Below, in pieces: positions 1 to 8,287 of a stretch of DNA of 64,000 nt. Made by a program: the position numbers and the translations under genes. The stretch's first letter is position 1. Every line of letters begins with the position of its first letter. This DNA comes from Acidobacteriaceae bacterium (GTDB lineage: Bacteria; Acidobacteriota; Terriglobia; Terriglobales; Acidobacteriaceae). Below the pieces are notes generated by a model that made no database searches, was not told the origin of the DNA, and saw only the letters and a list, made by a program, of their open reading frames with translations. Location of the stretch: NCBI GenBank assembly GCA_003134855.1, contig PLCS01000002.1, positions 2,658 to 66,657 on the forward strand. Direction: 5' to 3'.

Positions 1-1405
1 AATGCTGCAGATCGAGTCTCGATCCTGCGTCGACCACCACATAATCGAACTCCTCACACGCGACCTTTAGCAGCTTGTCGACGGCTTCATCGGAGAACTG
101 TGCGGTGGTCAATTCACTGGGCGCCGCGAGTACCGATAGCCCGGAACTATGCCTTATCAACATGGTGGAGAGAAAACTCGCGTCGAGCCGGCTGGAATTC
201 TGAAGAGCGTTCACGGTCGAGTATCGAGGCTTGATACCGAGGTTTATCGCCGCATCACCGAGCGGGAGGTTGAGATCGATCAAGAGGGTTTTCTGTCCTG
301 AATCCTGGGCCAGCGAAACAGCAAAATTGCAGGCCAGGGTAGTGACTCCGGAACCGCCTTTAGCACCGAGAAATACGAGTAACCTGCCGTCGGCCTTTTC
401 CTGTGGGCGGGTCACCGAATGAAGGGCCGATGCCCGAACCAGAGCGTCGGCCATGGCGCCGGGATAGAAGGGCAGGGTGAGAAACTCGCGAGCGCCGACA
501 CGCATGGTTCTGAGCAACAGGTCTGAATCGGCCTGCGCCGAGTAAACCATTGCGATTGCCAAGCCGCGGACGCTGATCGTTTCCACCAGATCGAGGGCGA
601 GTTTCGGATTAGTGTCCAGGTCGACGAGGACTATGTCAAAGTCGCGATTTAGAGTCCGGGGCGCATTTTCGAGATCGGAAGGATAGGACAGGAACTCCTG
701 GATTTTGCCGGCATGGCACTCTTCCAAAGCCCGTAATGCGGCGCTGCGGCGCTGCGCGTCCGGGCTGATGACCGCTATGTACAAGTCGCCTGTGCCAGGG
801 AAGAGAGGATCAGCTATGTCCGTTCCTTTGGCTTTGGTCCGACTTCTGATCATCTCCGCGCCAGGCGCTCCAATATGCGCGCCGGTCTCGGCAGCCTTTT
901 TGTCGCCGTCTCCGGGCTGCTCGTGCTCACCCGCAGCGTAGTCGGTGGAAGAGGACTCCTCGTGGATCGTAGCATCCGCATTTTTCCCGATTGTGATACG
1001 GATACCCTGCTCGGCAAGAGAAGTGTTCACCCTAACGAGTATCTCGCCGCCCAAATCGCGCTCTTCCAACAGTTGGTGAAAATGGCGGATCGCCGCCTCG
1101 TTTGGCGCGGGAGCCACGCCAAGATCGACTCCAACGAAGCTGCGCAGCACGGGCGACTCATAGAGTGCCTCCTCCACGCCGGGGTCCGAGAGATTGAACC
1201 ACTGCTGTACGAAGTAGATTCGCAGCAGGATTGGCAGGCCTACCGAAGGCTGACTGCTGCCTGCTGGTAGATCATGCGACTCCACAAGAGCCAACAACTC
1301 TTCCCATGGCACCACCTGCTCCATCCGGTCGAGAAACAGTTCCCGCTTGCTCTTTCGGGCAAATTTCTCGGAACCCTCCTGTGGCGCCAGTATTTCCTGC
1401 CGCAT
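1..1405 (-). CDS. IS5-transposase-N-terminus / receiver / CpaE(TadZ)-type P-loop ATPase fusion, 3'-truncated by the window edge
   Basis: Hand translation from ATG 1405 (GAGG upstream) is stop-free to base 2. It reads MRQEILAPQEGSEKFARKSKRELFLDRMEQVVPWEELLALVE...LLRIYFVQQWFNLSDPGVEEALYESPVLRSFVGVDLG...DATIH, then a receiver-like region (FDIVLVDLD...MRVGAREFLTLP), then a deviant Walker A (FLGAKGGSGVTT), LLIDLNLPLGD and FDYVVVDAG. In-frame internal ATG at 853. Confidence 0.85.
   Translation of the reverse strand, partial: MRQEILAPQEGSEKFARKSKRELFLDRMEQVVPWEELLALVESHDLPAGSSQPSVGLPILLRIYFVQQWFNLSDPGVEEALYESPVLRSFVGVDLGVAPAPNEAAIRHFHQLLEERDLGGEILVRVNTSLAEQGIRITIGKNADATIHEESSSTDYAAGEHEQPGDGDKKAAETGAHIGAPGAEMIRSRTKAKGTDIADPLFPGTGDLYIAVISPDAQRRSAALRALEECHAGKIQEFLSYPSDLENAPRTLNRDFDIVLVDLDTNPKLALDLVETISVRGLAIAMVYSAQADSDLLLRTMRVGAREFLTLPFYPGAMADALVRASALHSVTRPQEKADGRLLVFLGAKGGSGVTTLACNFAVSLAQDSGQKTLLIDLNLPLGDAAINLGIKPRYSTVNALQNSSRLDASFLSTMLIRHSSGLSVLAAPSELTTAQFSDEAVDKLLKVACEEFDYVVVDAGSRLDLQH
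869..1405 (-). mobile_element. IS5-family transposase N-terminal remnant forming the first ~179 codons of the fusion ORF
   Basis: IS5-type motifs KRELFL..MEQVVPW, LRIYF.QQWFNLSDP.VEEALY.S, DAT (first catalytic Asp) and AHIG. The rest of the DDE domain and terminal IRs were not seen. Confidence 0.8.
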
Positions 1406-1871
1406 CGACCTCGCCCTCTGCCAGCTATTCTATCCAAGATGGGCGTGAAACGGAGTGTCAAAATGTCATCCAGTCTGAATGAGGGCTTGATTTTGAACTG
1501 AGGGGCAGCACTGAAAGGAATTTTGGACGGACAGTAGGGGAGCTTGCGGGCAGCGAATCCTCAGGAAGAGATCCTCAATTGGACGGCGACAAGTCGTCGG
1601 CCACATGTCGCCTCCGGGACAAAGCTTGCGTTGATTTTGCAGCACTTGCGGCACCCTTCAGCTGCGCTCAGGGCAGGTGAAAAAAGTCGCGCCCTTTCAA
1701 AACTAATAAGAGAATCCTTAAGTCAAATGGATACCCATCCTGTACCATAAGGCGATTTTCACTCTTGTCCAACACAACAGGAGCCTGACTGCGGTCTGCC
1801 TCCATGCCGTCCAGTGTCAGCGAACCGGCGGGCGGTTGAGGCGCTTGGCGATTCCTTTGTTCAATCTCTCC

Positions 1872-1899
1872 TAACCGCAACCGGCGAAATGCTGTCTAA
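1872..1899 (+). promoter_or_regulatory. Candidate ECF-type promoter TAACC-N17-GTCTAA; would give a leaderless mRNA at ATG 1908
   Basis: AAC -35 core and GTCTAA -10 at ECF spacing, 8 nt before ATG 1908, which has no SD. Single occurrence. Confidence 0.35.
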
Positions 1900-2480
1900 T
1901 GGTTCGCATGGGCAAGAACGATCACGCCGCGGTCCGGGCCATTCTGGCTGGAGACAAAGAGGCCTATGGGGCGCTGGTCGTGCGCCATAGCCACAGCCTT
2001 TTTCGGGTTGCATTCCGGATCACCGGCAATGAAGCCGATGCAGAGGATGTGGTGCAGGAGGCGTTTCTGCGCGGGTATCAAAAGCTGGAGAGCTTTGAGG
2101 CCCGGTCGAGTTTTGGCACATGGATTTACCGCATCGCGGTGCGGGGCGCACTGGACAGAATCAGCCGCCGCCCGGCAGTCGATTCCAGCCGAGTGGCCGG
2201 GTCGGCCGATCCGGAGCAGGACGAGGTGCAGGTGGCGGATACCGCCGTCCGGCCTGACCGGCTGCTGCTGAGCGGCGAGATTGGAGCGCTGCTTCAAAGT
2301 GCGCTGCAACGCCTGACACCGGCGGAGCGAACGGCCTTTGTGCTGCGACACATGGAAGATTGCACCGCGGAAGAGATTGCCGCCGCGCTGGGCATCGCGC
2401 CCAATGCGGCTAAGCAGGCGGTCTTTCGCGCCGTGAAGAAACTGCGGATACGATTGGCTGCCTTGAGGGTGAAGCGATGA
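1899..2480 (+). CDS. ECF sigma-70 factor (start 1899 or 1908)
   Basis: Region 2 (AEDVVQEAFLR, SFGTWIYRIA) and region 4 (LTPAERTAFVLRHMED..AEEIAAALG..AKQAVFRA). Confidence 0.93.
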   Translation: MVRMGKNDHAAVRAILAGDKEAYGALVVRHSHSLFRVAFRITGNEADAEDVVQEAFLRGYQKLESFEARSSFGTWIYRIAVRGALDRISRRPAVDSSRVAGSADPEQDEVQVADTAVRPDRLLLSGEIGALLQSALQRLTPAERTAFVLRHMEDCTAEEIAAALGIAPNAAKQAVFRAVKKLRIRLAALRVKR

Positions 2481-3256
2481 AGCACTTGAATGAAGAGGAA
2501 ATGACCGAGCAGTACTACAAGCAGGGCAAAGCCCACGCCAGGCGACACCTTGAAGCTTGCGCGGAGTGCGCCGAGGATTTTGCGGCGTTCAAGAGCGATC
2601 TCGATGCGATGCAATCCGCAGAGCTTCCGGCCCGGGATGCCGCGTATGGCGAGCGCGTTTGGCGGTCGATTGCTCCCTGTCTGCCCGTATATGAAGCGCG
2701 CAAGCGGAGCTGGCTGCGCAGCGGCGCATGGAGAGGCCTGAGTTATGCCTCCGCCTGCGCGGTGCTGGTTGCGGGCGCATTCATTGCGGGGCGCGTGTGG
2801 GAGCACATGCAGATACGGACAACGGCAGGCGCCAATCCTACCGCGATCCCGCAAAAAGCAACGCCTCCTCAGCAACGGCTTGTCGTCGTCGTATTGAGCG
2901 ACCATCTGGAGCGCTCGGAGCGGCTGCTGGTCGAGTTGAAGCACGCCGACGCCGGCAGCGAGGAGATGGTCTCTCCGCTGCGCGACGAAGCGCGCAGTCT
3001 TCTGACGGCCAATCGCGTCTGCCGCCGGAATGCGGAGAAGAATGACGATCCGGCTCTGGCTGCGGCTCTGGCTCGCCTGGATCATCTGCTCGTCGAATTG
3101 GCCAACCACCAGGGTGGATTGAACGCCGCGGCTCTGGCTCGCCTGCAAGAGGAAATGAACTCGGACAGCTTGCTCTTTGAAGTGCGCGTCTTGCGCTCCA
3201 GGATTCCGGATCAACAGCCGGCCGCCAACAAACGGCCGATTGGAGGCACGATATGA
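2477..3256 (+). CDS. Zinc-binding (ZAS-type) transmembrane anti-sigma factor
   Basis: HLEACAEC (HxxxCxxC), one TM segment (LSYASACAVLVAGAFIAG), ATGA overlap with the sigma gene. Confidence 0.8.
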   Translation: MKHLNEEEMTEQYYKQGKAHARRHLEACAECAEDFAAFKSDLDAMQSAELPARDAAYGERVWRSIAPCLPVYEARKRSWLRSGAWRGLSYASACAVLVAGAFIAGRVWEHMQIRTTAGANPTAIPQKATPPQQRLVVVVLSDHLERSERLLVELKHADAGSEEMVSPLRDEARSLLTANRVCRRNAEKNDDPALAAALARLDHLLVELANHQGGLNAAALARLQEEMNSDSLLFEVRVLRSRIPDQQPAANKRPIGGTI

Positions 3257-5697
3257 AAATCAAAGCCATGCTATATTCCGCGCCGCTCGGCGTCTTGCTG
3301 TGCGCGCCTACCGCCGGCTTTGCGCAGTTCACACAGGGGCAGAGCTTTTCCGGGGGCATTGCGACGCCGGGAATCGATGCCGCCCTGATTGCGACCAGTT
3401 CGCCGGAAAGCATCCTCTATGCGCAGGGAGCGAGCGCCCTCAACGAAGGCCGCTGGGCGAAAGCGGAGTCGATCTTCGCGTCGGTTGCTGACCAGAAGGG
3501 CGAGCACGCCGATGGCGCTCTCTATTGGAAGGCCTATGCCGAGAACAAGCAGGGGCGCACTCAGCCCGCGCTGGATACCTGCATTGCGCTGGGCCGCGAT
3601 TATCCCAAGAGCCGCTGGATCGAGGAGTGCGGCGCTCTGGAGATCGAGATTCGCGCGAAGAGCAATCAGCCCGTCCAGCCGCACGACAACGACAGCGACG
3701 ACGTGAAGCTGCTGGCGCTCAACGACCTGCTGCGCCGCGACGAGGCCGCCGGCCTGGAGCAGATTCAGGAGATTCTGAATGGCGATTCTTCGGAAAAACT
3801 TTTAAAAGGTGTGCAGTTTCTTCTCGGGCATCATTATTCGGATGCCACCTATGCGCAGATTGTACGTATCAGCCGCGTTGAGGGAGATGTGCGGATTGAG
3901 CGGGGCCCGGAGGCGGAGCGGAGCACGGGAGCCAGCTGGGAGAAGGCCGCTCCCGGCCTGCCGCTGGAGACCGGTTTCAACCTGGTGACCGGCGCGGGGC
4001 GCGCGGTGGTCGAATTCGAAGACGCTTCGAACCTCTATCTGGCCGAGAACTCGGTGCTCGCCTTCAACGATCTGCATACCACGGAAGGCGTTCCTTACAG
4101 CGCGATGGCGCTGCTCAGCGGCACCGTCTCACTCCATCTTCGCCCCGATATCGCCGGCGAATGGTTTTATCTGAAGACCCCCACGGACACCTTCGCCGCC
4201 AAGTATCGCGACAAGGTTGACGTGCGCATCAGCAGTTATCTGGATGGAATGGCAATGACGCCGCTGCCCGGCGGTGAGCTTCATATTATCGGGTTCTCGC
4301 CGCAGGATCTGGCCATCGGCCAGACACTTTTCTTTCGCAATGGCGGCCGCGTCACAGAAGCCGTCCCCGGCGATCCCGGCGCATTTGCCGAGTGGGATCA
4401 CTGGGTGGAAAACCTCGTCAACCAGCGATCGGCGGCCATGGAAGCGATGATGAAGGCCTCGGGATTGACGCAGCCCATCCCCGGACTGGCGGAGATGGAG
4501 GGAGAGGGAAAATTCTTTGATTGCGCGCCCTATGGCACCTGCTGGGAGCCGAATGACGCCTTCGCGCGCGAGCAGGAGAGCAACCTTCAACCCGAGGCGC
4601 AGCCGCCTGCCGGTGATGCCTCCTCGCATCAGGCAACGACGACGGGGTATGACTCCGCCGCGTCCATGGAACCGCTTGGCTATTCCGAGTTCTTTCCCTG
4701 CTATCCTCTCAACTCTTCCGGATACAACTTGTATTGGGGAGACGATTCCGGCATGGTGAGGACCATCGATTATTCCGATGCGTTGAACCCATATTCTGAT
4801 GATTTGAACCCATCGTCTTTCCCATACTATTGGGCCGTCTGCCACGCTGGTGGCTGGATTCACCGGGGGCATCGTTACGTTTGGGTTGCAGGCCACAAGC
4901 GGCATCATAAGGGCGCCGGCCACTGGGTCAAGAGCGGGCACAAGACTGCCTTCGTCCCGATCCATCCCTACGATGCCAAAGGCCGGCCCCCGATCAACCG
5001 CAAGGAAAAGGTCTTTGTCGTGAACAACAGAAAAGGCTTGGCGATGGAGCGCGCAAGACTCGATCCAGCCCTCCCCGTCCAGCTGCTTGATGGGCCCCCC
5101 AAGGAGTTCAACAAGGCATTCTATCCCGCGCTCCCCCACGCGGAGGCTCCGTCGATGACCGCGCTTGCGATGAAGGATGCGCTCTTCGGGATCAATGGAG
5201 AGCATGCCAGGACGGCGGGCATCCCGCTGAGCTTCGACCATAAGTCGCAGAGCTTCACGATGGCCAGGCAGGTGATGCAGGGTGACAAGAGAGTGACCAT
5301 CGCCGTGCCAATGAACAACGGCAGTGGTAATCTCCAGTCGCGGGCTGATCACTTTAGCGGGGCCAGCGGCGGCAATCGCGGCAGCGGCTACAGCGGCGGA
5401 GATTATCGCGGCGGCTTCAACGGTGGAGAATATCGCGGCGGCGGAGGCTCGGGAGGCAGCTATCACGGTAGCGGGGCCAGCAGCGGCTCCAGTGGCGGAG
5501 GCTCGCGCGGCGGATACCATGGCGGTGGGGGCGGCAATTCCGGAGGCGGCGGATACCACGGTGGAGGCGGCAATTCCGGCGGTGGCGGCTCCAGCGGTGG
5601 CGGCTCCCATGGCGGAGGTGGCGGTGGCAGTTCCAGCGGCGGTGGTGGGAGTTCCAGCGGCGGTGGCAGTTCCAGCGGCGGCGGTGGGCACCGCTAA
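3253..5697 (+). CDS. Exported TPR/HEAT-like + FecR-like protein with Gly-rich low-complexity tail
   Basis: Signal peptide (MKIKAMLY...AGFAQ); TPR-like helices (ALYWKAYAENKQG); HEAT-like VKLLALNDLL; FecR-like IVRISRVEGDV...LETGFNLVTGAGRAVVEFEDAS; aromatic-rich segment; G/S/R/Y tail. ATGA-coupled to the upstream gene. Confidence 0.8.
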   Translation: MKIKAMLYSAPLGVLLCAPTAGFAQFTQGQSFSGGIATPGIDAALIATSSPESILYAQGASALNEGRWAKAESIFASVADQKGEHADGALYWKAYAENKQGRTQPALDTCIALGRDYPKSRWIEECGALEIEIRAKSNQPVQPHDNDSDDVKLLALNDLLRRDEAAGLEQIQEILNGDSSEKLLKGVQFLLGHHYSDATYAQIVRISRVEGDVRIERGPEAERSTGASWEKAAPGLPLETGFNLVTGAGRAVVEFEDASNLYLAENSVLAFNDLHTTEGVPYSAMALLSGTVSLHLRPDIAGEWFYLKTPTDTFAAKYRDKVDVRISSYLDGMAMTPLPGGELHIIGFSPQDLAIGQTLFFRNGGRVTEAVPGDPGAFAEWDHWVENLVNQRSAAMEAMMKASGLTQPIPGLAEMEGEGKFFDCAPYGTCWEPNDAFAREQESNLQPEAQPPAGDASSHQATTTGYDSAASMEPLGYSEFFPCYPLNSSGYNLYWGDDSGMVRTIDYSDALNPYSDDLNPSSFPYYWAVCHAGGWIHRGHRYVWVAGHKRHHKGAGHWVKSGHKTAFVPIHPYDAKGRPPINRKEKVFVVNNRKGLAMERARLDPALPVQLLDGPPKEFNKAFYPALPHAEAPSMTALAMKDALFGINGEHARTAGIPLSFDHKSQSFTMARQVMQGDKRVTIAVPMNNGSGNLQSRADHFSGASGGNRGSGYSGGDYRGGFNGGEYRGGGGSGGSYHGSGASSGSSGGGSRGGYHGGGGGNSGGGGYHGGGGNSGGGGSSGGGSHGGGGGGSSSGGGGSSSGGGSSSGGGGHR
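5341..5694 (+). repeat. Gly-rich coding repeats (GGYHGGGG(G)NSGGG x2, SSGGG x4, YRGG x2)
   Basis: Repeats ggcggatacca(t/c)gg...ggcggcaattccgg and (agt)tccagcggcgg(t/c)gg are visible in the DNA. Confidence 0.85.
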
Positions 5698-5763
5698 TGC
5701 CGTACCCATGCCGGACCGAACGCTGTTGCACGTGGAATGAGGTAGATTCATAACAACAGACCT

Positions 5764-6915
5764 ATGAGATTAGGCCCAATGGAAAGAAAAATGAAGAACA
5801 GATTCGTATTTTCTGCCGCTTTTCTGGCAGTTCTTCCTTGGATGCCGCTGGCTGCCCAGGGTCAAATCGATCAGGCCCAGGCGCTACCGGCTTTGCAGAC
5901 AGGTGCGGCTGCACTGTCTCAGGGTTTCAATGCAAGCCGGATCGGCTCACCCGATCCCGCCGCCCTACCAGGAAGCCTGACCTTCGATGTGGTGGTCTCC
6001 GATAAGTCAGGCGCGCCCGTCTCCGGCCTGCAAGCGGAGGAGTTCAAGCTGCTCGACAATAGTCAGCCACAGAGCCTGGTTTCTTTTGAAGCCGCCAGCG
6101 GCGGGAGCGCCAAGGTCGATTCTCCCACCGAGGTCGTCCTGGTTCTCGACGCCATTAACTCGTCTCCCTATGCCGTGGGCAAAGATCGCCTTTGGCTGGA
6201 TAAGTATTTTAGTCAGAATGGCGGCCAACTTGCCCTCCCCACATCGATTGTCCTGCTGACCGATCTGAAAGCGAAAGCTCAGAGTCCGCCCACCCGCGAC
6301 GCAAAGGTGCTGAAGAGCTTCCTCGCTGCCCATCCAACCGGCTGGCGTTCCATCCAAAGAGGGACAGGTTTTTGGGGAGCGGTTGACCGCCGGAATCTCT
6401 CCCTGGATTCGCTCCACCTCATCGCTTCCAGTCTTGCCAAAAGACCGGGCCGGAAACTAGTGATCTGGATCAGTCCGGGATGGGCGCCAATGAGTGGGCA
6501 GGTCCCCTATATGTCCGCGAAGGAAAAACAGATACTCTTCAACTACATCGCTTCTGTCTCGACGGATTTGCGCAAGGCGCGCATCACACTTTGCAGCGTC
6601 AATTCGAATCTACAATGGGTTGACTCGTTGTACTACGAGACCTTTCTCAAGGGAGCCGCCGGGCCAAAAGATGCGGATCATGGCGATTTAATGCTACAAG
6701 TGCTTGCCTATCAGACCGGCGGAAAGGTATTGGTAGACGACAATGATCTGTCTAGCTTGGTCGAACGATGCGTTGCGGATGCCAAGGCCTCTTATGTTCT
6801 CACCTTCAATCCGCCTCCGGCCGCCCATCCCAACGAGTATCACGAGATAAAGGTCGTGCTCGATAAGCCGGGACTCACCGCGCGCACCCGAACGGGCTAC
6901 TACACGCAGCCATAA
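5764..6915 (+). CDS. VWA-domain protein, acidobacterial VWFA-related type (start may be 5779 or 5791)
   Basis: Signal peptide, FDVVVSDKSGAPVSGL...F.LLDN, VVLVLD, PGRKLVIWISPGW, LAYQTGG, SYVLTF.P, RTRTGYY. Confidence 0.85.
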   Translation: MRLGPMERKMKNRFVFSAAFLAVLPWMPLAAQGQIDQAQALPALQTGAAALSQGFNASRIGSPDPAALPGSLTFDVVVSDKSGAPVSGLQAEEFKLLDNSQPQSLVSFEAASGGSAKVDSPTEVVLVLDAINSSPYAVGKDRLWLDKYFSQNGGQLALPTSIVLLTDLKAKAQSPPTRDAKVLKSFLAAHPTGWRSIQRGTGFWGAVDRRNLSLDSLHLIASSLAKRPGRKLVIWISPGWAPMSGQVPYMSAKEKQILFNYIASVSTDLRKARITLCSVNSNLQWVDSLYYETFLKGAAGPKDADHGDLMLQVLAYQTGGKVLVDDNDLSSLVERCVADAKASYVLTFNPPPAAHPNEYHEIKVVLDKPGLTARTRTGYYTQP

Positions 6916-6930
6916 TAGCGGCGGAAACCG

Positions 6931-6966
6931 GCAAAGGGCCACTCCGTTAGCGGAGTGGCCCTTTGC
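6931..6966. terminator. Bidirectional intrinsic terminator
   Basis: GCAAAGGGCCACTCCG-TTAG-CGGAGTGGCCCTTTGC perfect 16-bp stem between convergent genes. Confidence 0.85.
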
Positions 6967-6990
6967 TTTATGCGTTCAAACTGGCTGAAG

Positions 6991-8040
6991 TTACCTGGCC
7001 GCGACCAGCGGCTGGGTGCTCAAGCTTCCGCTGGCGTAACCCTTGGCAATCTCTGTGATCGCAATGGGCGCATAGTCGCCGGCATGGCCGGCCTGGCCGA
7101 ACTGGGTCATGCGCTGCGCCACCACCTTCTGCATGGCCTCGCGCGCCGGCTTCATGTAGTCGCGAGGATCGAATTTTTCCGGAGACTCCCACAAAACTTT
7201 GCGGATGGCGCCGGTCATGGCCAAACGGTTGTCGGTGTCCACATTGATCTTACGCACGCCGTTGCGGATGCCGAGTTGAATCTCCTCGACCGGCACGCCC
7301 CATGTCTCTTTCAGCTTGCCGCCGTACTGGTTGATGACGTCCTGCAGATCCTTGGGCACGGAGGAGCTGCCGTGCATCACCAGGTGGGTGTTGGGCAGGC
7401 GCTTGTGAATGGCGATGAGCACGTCCATCTTGAGGACCGAGCCGTCCGGCTTTTTGGTAAATTTGTAGGCGCCGTGGCTGGTGCCGATGGCGATGGCCAG
7501 CGCGTCTACGCCGGTCAGCTCGGCGAACTCGACCGCCTGGTCGGGGTCGGTGATGTGTTCCAGGCCCGTGCCGCCCGCGCCGTGGCCGTCTTCGACGCCG
7601 CCCAGCACCCCGATCTCGCCCTCGACCGTGACACCGCGCTCATGCGCGAAATCGACCACCCGCCTGGTGACCGCGACGTTCTCTTCAAAGCTGGCCGGGG
7701 TCTTGCCGTCTTCCTTGAGCGAGCCGTCCATCATCACGCTGGTATAGCCAAGCTCGATGGCGCTCTTGCAGGTCTCGAAGCTGTTGCCGTGGTCCTGGTG
7801 CATGGCGATGGGAATCTCAGGATTGAGCTCGGCCGCGGCCTGAATCAGCTTGAACAGATATAGATCTTCGGCGAACTTGCGGGCACCGCGGCTGGCCTGC
7901 ACGATGACCGGCGATTTGGTCTCCTTGGCCGCGGCCATAATGGCCTGAATCTGTTCCATATCGTTGACGTTGAATGCGCCGACGCCGTAACCGCCCTTGG
8001 CGGCCTCGTCGAGCAGTTGCCGCATGGAGACTAGAGGCAT
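6991..8040 (-). CDS. fba: Class II fructose-bisphosphate aldolase
   Basis: MPLVSMRQLL..GYGVGAFNV, HQDHG, VMMDGS, VEGEIG, AIGTSHGAYKF, LVMHGSS, KINVDTD. SD GGAG before ATG 8040. Confidence 0.95.
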   Translation of the reverse strand: MPLVSMRQLLDEAAKGGYGVGAFNVNDMEQIQAIMAAAKETKSPVIVQASRGARKFAEDLYLFKLIQAAAELNPEIPIAMHQDHGNSFETCKSAIELGYTSVMMDGSLKEDGKTPASFEENVAVTRRVVDFAHERGVTVEGEIGVLGGVEDGHGAGGTGLEHITDPDQAVEFAELTGVDALAIAIGTSHGAYKFTKKPDGSVLKMDVLIAIHKRLPNTHLVMHGSSSVPKDLQDVINQYGGKLKETWGVPVEEIQLGIRNGVRKINVDTDNRLAMTGAIRKVLWESPEKFDPRDYMKPAREAMQKVVAQRMTQFGQAGHAGDYAPIAITEIAKGYASGSLSTQPLVAAR

Positions 8041-8287
8041 TGAGTTTCTCCTGTGCCGGTGATTCCGGCGAAGTTGGGTTTGGGTCCGGCCGCCTGTGCG
8101 TTCGGGCATTGCAGAGCAGGCATTCAGCCTCGCGGGCGGCAGGAACTGCGATCAATCCCATGGTAGCAGAGGCGCGCAGGGGAAACAGTGCGAGCAAACA
8201 CAGGCGGCCCGCGGCGCTTCGTCCGCCCGATTCAGGATGCGCGCATTCCGATGTGGGGCAAGCGGTTTCTCTGCGTTGCGAGGTCCA

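Noticed and set aside
875-1501. Plus-strand ORFs 875-1270, 1231-1482 and 1274-1501
   Set aside because: Antisense shadows of the minus-strand IS5-CpaE fusion ORF.
1406-1520. Left inverted repeat of the IS5 remnant
   Set aside because: No recognisable IR, partner end or target duplication, so an intact IS is not claimed.
4129-5751. 540-aa minus-strand Ala/Thr-rich ORF
   Set aside because: Antisense to the Gly-rich gene; GGC repeats read as GCC and suppress stops.
8096-8287. Long N-terminal extensions given by the ORF track for GntP, also fba, mdtA, glgP, crp and the 42871 gene
   Set aside because: Downstream starts have better SD sequences and match the family N-termini.
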